DNA from: Longimicrobiales bacterium
GTDB taxonomy: Bacteria; Gemmatimonadota; Gemmatimonadetes; Longimicrobiales; Gaopeijiaceae
Reading direction: 5' to 3'
NCBI GenBank assembly: GCA_965202805.1
Contig: OZ241869.1
Location: 3,296,001-3,360,000 of the forward strand
DNA length: 64,000 bases
Positions 19,516-27,630 of this stretch are shown one piece after another. Made by a program: the position numbers and the translations under genes. A model generated the notes under the pieces. The model worked only from the letters and a program-made list of their open reading frames with translations. It had not been told where the DNA came from and did not search any database. How positions within the stretch are numbered: the stretch's first letter is position 1; every line of letters begins with the position of its first letter.

Positions 19516-21092
19516 CCCCCTGCCCGCCCGGCATTGGCTGGATTGCCGCGCTCCGTCGGCCAGGGCGAGCCGGCGTAGCCGCCGTTCGCCGACTCCGTCT
19601 CGACGATCCCGTGTATGGTGCCCCCGTCCGAGTAGGAGAAGGAGGTCGCGATGATCGTGCCATCGACACCGATGGCGGGCGATCCGTGGACCCTGACATC
19701 CGAAAGGACATCGCCGCCCGGCTGGTATTCCCAAAGGAGCCTGCCCTGAGCGTCGAGCGCCGTGACGGCGAAGCCCACGCCGATATAGACGTTGCCGTTC
19801 GCCCCCAGGATCGGCGTCGTCCTGTACCCGGACGTCCGTGAATGGAAGTGCCAGCGAATCGAGCCGTCGGGATTGATGGCGAACAGGCCCGTGCCCAGGA
19901 CATGGATCGCGCCGTCGGGGCCGATCGACGGCGCCGACTGGACCCTTACGTGACTCACCGAGACGCTCCATCGCTCGCTCCCGTCGGGATTCACCGCGTA
20001 GAGCAGCCCGTCGAACGTACCGAAATAGATCGTGCCGTCCGGGCCGATCGACGATGGCGACCAGACCCGGTCTGACGCCTTGAACGTCCACTTCAGTGAG
20101 CCGTCACGGTCGATCGCGTACAGGCGCTCGTCAATCCCGCCGACGTAGATCGTGCCGTCGCTCGCGACTGCCGGCGAGGAAAAGCCGAAGGTGTCGTCGG
20201 AGGTCTCGTAGATCCACTGGATCTCGCCCCGGGGATCGACCGCGTGGACGTGGTGGCCGCCGGCCACGTGGATGGTCCCGTCCGGCCCGATGGCCGGAGA
20301 CGACGTGATTCCGTCGAGCCCGTCCAGTACCCACTGTACGAACCCGGCCGGATCCACGGCGACCAGGCTGCCGGGCGCGCGGATTCCGGACCCGAGATAA
20401 AGCGCCCCGTCGGCCCCGATGGCGGGCGTCGACCAGCTCATGTTGGGAAGCTCCAAGGTCCAAAGCATGCCTCCCTGCGGCGAGAGGGCATGCCAACGGC
20501 TTCGTTCCGCATGGTCGTCATTCCATCCGACGTAGATCGTCCCGTCGGCTCCGATCGTGACGCCGGCCTTGATCGATCCTCCCCCTCTCCCTTCCGCAAA
20601 GGACCATTCGAGCGGAACGGACCAGTCGACGCGCGCCCGTTCCCGAACGGTGACCGTCAGCCTCCCCGTCACCCCCTGACTGGTCGCCGTGATCGTCGCC
20701 GTGCCGTCGCTCAACCCCGTGACAAAACGAGTGGACCCGCCGGTGCTCAGAATGCTGTCCCCGCTCATGGACGCGATCTCGGGCGCGGAGGACGACCACG
20801 CAAAACGGCCGGGATCACGGGCCGTACGGTAAAGCGTGGTGCCGTCCGCGGCCAGCGCCTCTGCATATGGGCGGAACCGGGTGCCGAGGAAGCCGATGGT
20901 TCGTTCGGATGGCGTGATCCGGATCGACGCGACGACCGTGTCCGGGCCGGACGGAGCGACTGTGTCCGGGGCCGAGGGACCGGCCGGCGCGGCGCGCTCT
21001 CCGCCGCACCCGCCAAGAACCAGCCACAGGCACGCGCTAGCGGTTGGCGGGATCCCCGCCCCGCGCAGCCGGATCAACCGGTGTACCGTCAT
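19512..21092 (-). CDS. Lipoprotein with Ig-like domain and PQQ-type beta-propeller, paralog B
   Basis: Lipobox LGGC; same architecture as, and colinear with, 17723-19303. Confidence 0.88.
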   Translation of the reverse strand: MTVHRLIRLRGAGIPPTASACLWLVLGGCGGERAAPAGPSAPDTVAPSGPDTVVASIRITPSERTIGFLGTRFRPYAEALAADGTTLYRTARDPGRFAWSSSAPEIASMSGDSILSTGGSTRFVTGLSDGTATITATSQGVTGRLTVTVRERARVDWSVPLEWSFAEGRGGGSIKAGVTIGADGTIYVGWNDDHAERSRWHALSPQGGMLWTLELPNMSWSTPAIGADGALYLGSGIRAPGSLVAVDPAGFVQWVLDGLDGITSSPAIGPDGTIHVAGGHHVHAVDPRGEIQWIYETSDDTFGFSSPAVASDGTIYVGGIDERLYAIDRDGSLKWTFKASDRVWSPSSIGPDGTIYFGTFDGLLYAVNPDGSERWSVSVSHVRVQSAPSIGPDGAIHVLGTGLFAINPDGSIRWHFHSRTSGYRTTPILGANGNVYIGVGFAVTALDAQGRLLWEYQPGGDVLSDVRVHGSPAIGVDGTIIATSFSYSDGGTIHGIVETESANGGYAGSPWPTERGNPANAGRAGG

Positions 21093-21244
21093 CGGATCCC
21101 CCAGGTGCGGCAGTTGAGCTTCATGTTTCTTCTACCCCAGCTGACGAGCCCGTGATCGCCGGCAAAGCGTAGGCCAGCAACCCGCTGGACGACGAGATGC
21201 GCGCATAAGAGAGGACCTGTGGAAGGTAACCGAACTCTCACACA

Positions 21245-21300
21245 CCCCGGAACCCGAGGGCTGGTTGCTAGCCGTTGCAACCAGCCCTCGGACTCCGGGG
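21245..21300 (-). terminator. Strong hairpin downstream of the small secreted-protein gene
   Basis: Perfect 15-bp stem CCGAGGGCTGGTTGC/GCAACCAGCCCTCGG (21254-21291), extended by CCCCGGA/TCCGGGG; no clear U-tract. Confidence 0.6.
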
Positions 21301-21334
21301 GCAACCCTGTCGCCCTCAACGACAAGGGCTTCAA

Positions 21335-21799
21335 CTACGCTTCGCAATCAGGATTGTACTCATCCTGCTCTATATATTCGAGAGTGATTGAGGTCGACTC
21401 ACTGTCGGCATCTGTGACCCACAATTCCAGTTCTCCGGGGGCGGAGACGTAGCCGCTGGCGATCTGGTTCGGCCCCAACGGACCGTCCTCCGCATCGGCA
21501 TCGCTGAGCTCTCCTCCCCAGGAGAACTCGTAGGGCGCTGTGCCGCCCGACGCGATGCCATACGCCACGCAGTACTGCCCATCCTGCACCACAGCCGGAA
21601 AGTTGATGTCGATACTCAAGGCCCCGTCGGCATTGGCGTCCGGGACGATCTCCGCCGGCGCGTGGACCGGGCCGACGGGGACTCGTTCCATCTGAGCGCC
21701 CGACGGCAGAATCCACGCGCCGATGACCAGCGCCGTCACGGCGACGCCGATGACCTTGAGCCCCATCGCCCCTCTGTTCTGCTCGGTGACCGTTTTCAT
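21335..21799 (-). CDS. Small secreted/membrane-anchored acidic hypothetical protein (possible Ig/PKD-like fold)
   Basis: GGAGG RBS, hydrophobic N-terminal segment, ASGGTAPYEFSW and LWVTDAD motifs typical of beta-sandwich domains, two Cys. Confidence 0.7.
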   Translation of the reverse strand: MKTVTEQNRGAMGLKVIGVAVTALVIGAWILPSGAQMERVPVGPVHAPAEIVPDANADGALSIDINFPAVVQDGQYCVAYGIASGGTAPYEFSWGGELSDADAEDGPLGPNQIASGYVSAPGELELWVTDADSESTSITLEYIEQDEYNPDCEA

Positions 21800-21913
21800 G
21801 GTCCGCCTCCTTTTTCTGGGCCGATTCCCTATGAAGCGGCCCGTGTTCGGTTGGCCGAACCGGCTCGTCCGATCCGACAATCCCAGTATTCGCAGCACAT
21901 GTGAGCGCTCCAT

Positions 21914-21976
21914 AGAGGGAAAACCCTGAACTCAATAGGGGGAAAACCCTGAATCTCGTGAGGGGAAAATCCCCTC
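21914..21976. promoter_or_regulatory. Three quasi-palindromic GGG-AAAA-CCC boxes at 23-bp period
   Basis: GGGAAAA starts at 21917, 21940 and 21963, about 120-180 bp upstream of 21799. Confidence 0.6.
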
Positions 21977-22058
21977 AAGCGACGAAGATGAATCCCTGCG
22001 GCCGGACCGCGAGCGTGAACGCCCTGAATCGGCCAACCCAACAAGTCGAGGCGCACCG

Positions 22059-22610
22059 TTGTGGAAGCATTCCGGGAAGACGCACGGCCACCGTGTGAAC
22101 CGCAAGGGGTCGAAGCGGTTGCACCGCCTATGGAATCTGCCGCACTACGGCGCGCGGGCGAATCTGTTGTCGAGACGCGACAAGGCGGAGATCGGAGTTC
22201 TGGAGGTCCTTTACACGGACTTCACTGAACTCCACTTCGCTGGCGGCGTCCGGAAGGCATGGCTGATTCCGCTCCTCGACCCGCGACCCGCTATGTCCCG
22301 GGCTTCGCGGTTGGGGAACGGGCAAACAAACTCCCCGGATTGGCACTGGATGCCTGGGGCGCGGCGGAGCGGACCCTGACACGCTACCGCGACTCCGCTC
22401 GAAGGCGTGATCGTTGACCAGGACCGGGACTCCGTGTTCACCGGCTACGCGTGGACCGACCGGCTCCTGGGGGCGCGGGTGCGGCTCTCCTACGCGCTCC
22501 GAGGGCCCAAGGACAACCCGGAGATGGAGACTTCTTCGGTCGCTTCAAGGTGGAGAACCGATCGCTGATCCTCGATGCCCGAGTCCCTCGAGGAACTCCA
22601 GACCATCGTC
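22059..22610 (+). mobile_element. Degenerate IS3-family transposase (integrase core) remnant
   Basis: Read across frames: VNRK..RL, LYTDFTEL, IVDQDRDSVFT, KDNPEME, FFGRFKVE. These give a D-D-E triad broken by frameshifts. Confidence 0.75.
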
Positions 22611-22611
22611 G

Positions 22612-22758
22612 GAGGAAGCCGATGGTTCGTTCGGGTGGCGTTATCCAGATCGACGCGACAACCGGAGCGGAGGCTGAGGGAGTGGCGTGGCCCGGGACGA
22701 AGCTTGCCGCCGGAAGCAACGCCGAGGCCATCGAGGCGGCGAAACGCCAGCCGTTCAT
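22612..22758 (-). pseudogene. Second chimeric SusC-signal/propeller relic
   Basis: MNGWRFAASMASALLPAASFVPGHATPSASAPVVASIWITPPERTIGFL; near-copy of 19372-19515. Confidence 0.8.
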
Positions 22759-24362
22759 CCGCCCGCCCGCCCGGTATTGGATCGGTCGCCGCGCTGCGTC
22801 GGCCAGGGCGAGCCGGCGTAGCCGCCGTTCGTCGACTCGGTTTCGACGATCCCGTGTATCGTGCCCCCGTCGGTGTGGGAGACGGAGGTCGCGATGATCG
22901 TGCCATCGACACCGATGGCGGGCGACGCGCGGACGCGGATATTCGAGATGGCGTCGCCACCGGGCTGGTAGCTCCACAGGTGCCTGCCCTGGGCGTCGAG
23001 CGCCGTGACGCCGGGGCCCGCGCCGATATAGACGTTGCCGTCCGCCCCCAGGATCGGCGTGCTCCTTACCCCGGATCCTGAACCGAAGTGCCAGCGAATC
23101 GAGCCGTCCGGATTGATGGCGAACACGCCCCTGCCGAGGACATAGATCGCGCCGTCCGGCCCGATCGAAGGCGGCGAGTTGACCTGTGTAGAGGAGCCCT
23201 CGAAGCCCTCGACAGGGCGTATCACCACGACGCTCCATCGCTCGCTGCCGTCGGGGTCCACGGCGTAGAGCCGACCGTCGTAGGAGGGGACGTAGATCGT
23301 GCCGTCCGCGCCGATTGAAGGCGCCGTCCTGATCAGGTCCCCCGTCTTGAACGTCCACCGCGGCGAGCCGTCGCGGTCGATCGCATGCAAGGCATGATCG
23401 TCCCCGCCGACGTAGATCGTGCCGTCGCTCGCGACTGCGGGCGAGGAAAAGGTGAAGTTTCTGATGGGGGTCTCGTAAGTCCACCGGATCCCACCTTGGG
23501 GATCGACCGCGTGGACTTGGCGCCCGCCGGCCACGTGGATGGTCCCGTTCGGCCCCAGGGCCGGAGACGAACTGATCGCATCGAGGTCGTCGAGTATCCA
23601 CCGAATGGACCCGCCGGGATTCACGGCGACCAGAATGCCCCGGGAGCCTCTTTCGGAGCCGAAGTACAGCGTCCCGTCGGCCCCGATGGCGGGCATCCCA
23701 AAGTCGGTGAGCCCAGGCACGTCCACAGTCCAGAGAATGGCTCCCTGAGGCGAGAGGGCGTACCAATGGCTTGTTTGCGCGGGTTTGTCAATCCATCCGA
23801 CGTAGATCGTGCCGTCGGCTCCTATCGCGGCACCGGCGCCGATCAATATCAGCCCCCCCGCATTCGGAAAAGACCATTCGAGCGGAACGGACCATGCAAC
23901 GCGCGCCCGCTCCCGAACCGTGACCGTCAGCCTGCCCGTCACCCCCCGGCTGGTCGCGGTGATGATCGCCGTGCCGTCGCTCAAGCCCGTGACGGTACGA
24001 GTGGCCAGGCCGTTGCTCCGGATGCTGTCCCCGCTCACGGCCGCGATCTCGGGCGCGGAGGACGACCACGCGAAAAGGCCGGGATCGTCACCCGAGTCGT
24101 ACAGCGTGGTGCCGTCCGCGGCCAGCGCCGCCGCTCCCGTGTGGAACCGGGTGCCGAGGAAGCCGATGGTGCGTTCGGATGGCGTGATCCGGATCGACGC
24201 GACGACCGTGTTAGGCGCCGTGGGACCGACCGTGTCGGGGGCCGAGGGAGCGACCGGCGCGGCGCGATCTTCGCCGCATCCGCCGAGAACCAGCCACAGG
24301 CACGCGCTCGCGGTTGGCGGGATACCCGCCCCGCACCGCCGGATCATCCGGTGTACCGTCAT
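22755..24362 (-). CDS. Lipoprotein with Ig-like domain and PQQ-type beta-propeller, paralog C
   Basis: Lipobox LGGC; same architecture; about 100 bp of upstream DNA is nearly identical to that of paralog B. Confidence 0.88.
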   Translation of the reverse strand: MTVHRMIRRCGAGIPPTASACLWLVLGGCGEDRAAPVAPSAPDTVGPTAPNTVVASIRITPSERTIGFLGTRFHTGAAALAADGTTLYDSGDDPGLFAWSSSAPEIAAVSGDSIRSNGLATRTVTGLSDGTAIITATSRGVTGRLTVTVRERARVAWSVPLEWSFPNAGGLILIGAGAAIGADGTIYVGWIDKPAQTSHWYALSPQGAILWTVDVPGLTDFGMPAIGADGTLYFGSERGSRGILVAVNPGGSIRWILDDLDAISSSPALGPNGTIHVAGGRQVHAVDPQGGIRWTYETPIRNFTFSSPAVASDGTIYVGGDDHALHAIDRDGSPRWTFKTGDLIRTAPSIGADGTIYVPSYDGRLYAVDPDGSERWSVVVIRPVEGFEGSSTQVNSPPSIGPDGAIYVLGRGVFAINPDGSIRWHFGSGSGVRSTPILGADGNVYIGAGPGVTALDAQGRHLWSYQPGGDAISNIRVRASPAIGVDGTIIATSVSHTDGGTIHGIVETESTNGGYAGSPWPTQRGDRSNTGRAGG

Positions 24363-24562
24363 CGGGTCCTCCAGGTGCGGCAGTTGAGCTTCATGTTTCT
24401 TCTACCCCAGCTGACGAGCCCGTGATCGCCGGCAATGTCCAGGCCAGCAACCCGCTGGACCTAAGCGAAGGATCGCTTGAACAGGCTCCAACGTGTCTTG
24501 GTGCCGGTGGTATTCACGTCGCCCATGACCACTCCAGGGGTCTCTTGGGTGAGAGACGGCAA

Positions 24563-24709
24563 GACCCGGATTCCCGCCATTGGTTGCCGTCTTCCCCGTC
24601 ATTGCGGGATGGCAGAACCATACACGACGTAACGGCAAGTACGGCAGATCGTGCAAGTCCCAATTGAACTTATGCAACTTCTTGCACGTGATTTTGCGCA
24701 ACCCCGATC
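24563..24709 (-). repeat. Right arm of the imperfect inverted repeat
   Basis: Reverse complement aligns with 16963-17104, at the same (+/-1) distance from the adjacent palindrome. Confidence 0.8.
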
Positions 24710-24758
24710 CTGCCATTTTGGCAGACTTGCCCCCGCGAAACCTGCCATTTTGGCAGAC
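24710..24758. repeat. Twin palindrome copy 3 (immediately upstream of uvrA)
   Basis: CTGCCATTTTGGCAG at 24710 and 24742 (32-bp spacing). Confidence 0.92.
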
Positions 24759-24786
24759 GCCCCCCAACCCGTAGTATGTTTTTCGC

Positions 24787-27630
24787 ATGGACCATCCGAT
24801 TCGCCTGAGGGGCGCGAGCCAGCACAACCTGGCGAACCTGGATCTGGACATCCCGCGGCGGACCTTCACGGTGATCACCGGGCCGTCGGGATCGGGGAAG
24901 TCCTCCCTGGCGCTGGACACGCTCTTCGCCGAGGGCCAGCGCCGTTACGTCGAGTCGCTCTCCACCTACGCCAAGCAGTTCCTCGACCGCATGCGCAAGC
25001 CGCGGGTCGAGTCGGTGGAGGGGATCCCGCCCGCCGTGGCGATCGAGCAGAAGAACCCGACCCGGTCCAGCCGCTCGACGGTGGGCACCGCGACCGAGGT
25101 CTACGACTACCTGCGGCTGCTGTGGGCGCGCGTCGGGCACACGCACTGCCCGCGCTGCAGCCGCCGGATCCGCCGGGACACGGTCTCCGGGGCGGTGGAC
25201 GGCGTGCTTTCGCTGCCGGACGGCGAGCGCATCATGGTGGCGTTTCCGCTCCAGGCCAGCGGGCGCGCCACGCACGCCCAGGTGGTTGAGACCCTCCGCG
25301 CCGCCGGCTTCCTGCGGGTCATGGCGGACGGCGCGGTGATCGACCTGGCCGCGTCGGGCTCGGGTGATCCCGCCCGCGCGGGCGCCGACCTGACGGTTGC
25401 GCGCGAAGCTCTGGTGGTCGTCGATCGGCTCTCGGTTCATCCCAACGTCCGCGACCGCCTGGCCGACTCCCTCGGCGTGGCCTTCGTCCAGGGCCTGGGC
25501 GAAGCCGTCATCGTGCGCCCGTCCGCGGCCCCCGGCGAAGCCCGCCTGCGCTTCACCGAGCGCTTCCGCTGCCCGCTCCATCCCGAGATCGAGTTCCCCG
25601 ACCCGACCCCGAAGCTCTTCTCCTTCAACAGCCCCTACGGCTCCTGCACCACCTGCACCGGCTTCGGCGCAACCCTCGAATACGACGAGGAGCTTATCGT
25701 GCCCAACGAGGGACGCTCGCTGGCGGGCGGCGCGGTGGACCCGTGGGAGAAACCGCGATATGTGCGCGAGCGCGCCCGGCTGCGAGAGTTCGCCCGCAAG
25801 CGCGGGGTGAGCGAGCATGAGCCCTGGAACGAGCTCCCCGGGTTCTTCCGCGAGGAGGTGCTGCGCGGCTCCCCCGACTTCATCGGCATCATCCCCTTCC
25901 TGCGCTCGCGCGAGCGGCAGCGCCGCAAGCAGTTCATCCGCGTCTTTCTGCGCCGCTACCAGAGCGCGGTTCCCTGCGCGAGCTGCGGCGGGGCCCGCAT
26001 CCGCGCCGAGGCCCTCAACGTGCGCGTGGGCGGCCGCACCCTCCCCGAGGTCTGCGCCTTCCCCATGGACGAGCTGCTGCCCTGGATCGACGGGCTGGAG
26101 CTCTCCGGAATGGAGGAGGACATCGCGGAAACCATCCTCAGGGAAATCCGGGACCGGCTCGGCTTTCTCGTGGATGTGGGGCTCGGGTACCTGACGCTCT
26201 CGCGCCAGACGCGCACCCTCTCGGGAGGGGAGGCGCAGCGCATCAACCTGGCCAACGCGCTCGGCTCGCGGCTGGTGGACACGCTGTACGTGCTGGACGA
26301 GCCCACCGTGGGGCTCCACCCGCGCGACACGGCGGCCATGCTGGCGCTGCTCCGCCGCCTCTCGCGCGCGGGAAACACGGTCGTGGTGGTCGAGCACGAC
26401 CCCCAGGTCATCGTCGCCGCCGACCACGTCATCGAGCTCGGTCCCGAGTCGGGCGAGAAGGGGGGGCGCCTGGTCTTCGAGGGTCCGCCCGCCGGGCTCG
26501 TGGACGCCGACACCGCCACCGGGCGCCTGATCGCCGGCTCGGCCGATCCCTCTCTCCCCCGCAGACGCGGCCCTCCGGGCGGCCGCATCGAATTGCGCGG
26601 AGCCCGCCTGCACAACCTGAGGGACGTCGACATCGATGTCCCGCTGCGCTCGCTCACCGTGGTGACCGGGGTGTCCGGCTCGGGAAAGTCCACGCTCGTC
26701 AACGACGTGCTCTACCGTGCCCTGGAGCGCGAGATGAACGACGGCGAAACCAGCGCCCGCCTGCACATGGGCGAGTTCGTCGGGGAATATCGCTCCATCG
26801 CCAACGCCTCCCACCTGGCCGGCGTGGCGCGCATCGACCAGTCGCCCATCGGGCGCACGCCGCGCTCGAACTCGGTGACCTACATCAAGGCGTGGGACGA
26901 GGTGCGCAAGCTCTTCGCCGCCCAGCCGCTCGCGCGCAAGAAGCGGTATCAGGCGCGCCACTTCTCGTTCAACGTGGCCGCCGGCCGCTGCGAAGCCTGC
27001 AAGGGCGCCGGCCAGGTCGAGATCGAGATGATCTTCATGGCGGACGTCTACGTGCCCTGCGACGTCTGCCGGGGCACCCGCTTCAAGCGCGAGATCCTGG
27101 ACGTGAAGTACAAGGGGCTCGACATCGCCCAGGTGCTGGAGCTCACCGTCGATCAGGCCATCCGCTTCTTCATCAGGCAGAGGCGCCTGGGGAAGATCCT
27201 CTGGCATCTGCAGGATGTCGGCCTCGGGTACCTCAGGCTCGGCCAGCCCGCCCCCACCCTCTCCGGGGGCGAAGCCCAGCGGCTCAAGATCGCCCGGGAG
27301 CTCTCGGGCGCGTCCGGGCGCCGGGGCAGCAAACTCTACATCCTGGACGAGCCCACCACCGGCCTTTCCGGCAACGAAGTGGCGAAGCTCCTGCGGGTGC
27401 TGATGCGCTTGATCGACGCCGGAAACACGGTCATTGTCATCGAACACAACCTGGATGTGATGCGCGCCGCGGACTGGATCATCGATCTGGGGCCCGGCGC
27501 CGGAGCCCGCGGAGGACGGGTGGTCGCCATGGGCCGCCCGCACGAGGTGATGGCCGAGCGCGCGAGCGTGACCGGAGCATGCCTCGCCCGCCTCCCGGAG
27601 CCGATCCTGCAACGGACGAGGCTGACGTGA
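24787..27630 (+). CDS. uvrA: Excinuclease ABC subunit A
   Basis: Two ABC modules (GPSGSGKSS, LSGGEAQR, LDEP; GVSGSGKST), EGQRRYVESLS, zinc fingers and a UvrB-binding insert. Confidence 0.96.
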   Translation: MDHPIRLRGASQHNLANLDLDIPRRTFTVITGPSGSGKSSLALDTLFAEGQRRYVESLSTYAKQFLDRMRKPRVESVEGIPPAVAIEQKNPTRSSRSTVGTATEVYDYLRLLWARVGHTHCPRCSRRIRRDTVSGAVDGVLSLPDGERIMVAFPLQASGRATHAQVVETLRAAGFLRVMADGAVIDLAASGSGDPARAGADLTVAREALVVVDRLSVHPNVRDRLADSLGVAFVQGLGEAVIVRPSAAPGEARLRFTERFRCPLHPEIEFPDPTPKLFSFNSPYGSCTTCTGFGATLEYDEELIVPNEGRSLAGGAVDPWEKPRYVRERARLREFARKRGVSEHEPWNELPGFFREEVLRGSPDFIGIIPFLRSRERQRRKQFIRVFLRRYQSAVPCASCGGARIRAEALNVRVGGRTLPEVCAFPMDELLPWIDGLELSGMEEDIAETILREIRDRLGFLVDVGLGYLTLSRQTRTLSGGEAQRINLANALGSRLVDTLYVLDEPTVGLHPRDTAAMLALLRRLSRAGNTVVVVEHDPQVIVAADHVIELGPESGEKGGRLVFEGPPAGLVDADTATGRLIAGSADPSLPRRRGPPGGRIELRGARLHNLRDVDIDVPLRSLTVVTGVSGSGKSTLVNDVLYRALEREMNDGETSARLHMGEFVGEYRSIANASHLAGVARIDQSPIGRTPRSNSVTYIKAWDEVRKLFAAQPLARKKRYQARHFSFNVAAGRCEACKGAGQVEIEMIFMADVYVPCDVCRGTRFKREILDVKYKGLDIAQVLELTVDQAIRFFIRQRRLGKILWHLQDVGLGYLRLGQPAPTLSGGEAQRLKIARELSGASGRRGSKLYILDEPTTGLSGNEVAKLLRVLMRLIDAGNTVIVIEHNLDVMRAADWIIDLGPGAGARGGRVVAMGRPHEVMAERASVTGACLARLPEPILQRTRLT

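Noticed and set aside
17723..24362. Diversity-generating retroelement acting on the propeller genes
   Set aside because: No reverse transcriptase is in the window. Differences are spread over the whole gene, include indels and do not look adenine-restricted, and there is no TR/VR pair.
17723..24362. PQQ-dependent dehydrogenases or BamB
   Set aside because: Only the generic propeller repeat is present. I see no dehydrogenase catalytic features, and the Ig domain, triplication and island context do not fit bamB.
13948..24709. Classical integron cassette array
   Set aside because: There is no IntI-like integrase, and the repeats lack the RYYYAAC...GTTRRRY attC ends and sit 5' rather than 3' of the modules.
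15901..24758. Twin palindromes as a CRISPR mini-array
   Set aside because: There are only two 15-19 bp units per locus, spacers are short and similar to one another, and no cas genes are present.
24787..27630. Class II UvrA / DrrC-like resistance ATPase
   Set aside because: The UvrB-binding insertion after the first zinc finger appears to be present, so it was kept as ordinary uvrA.
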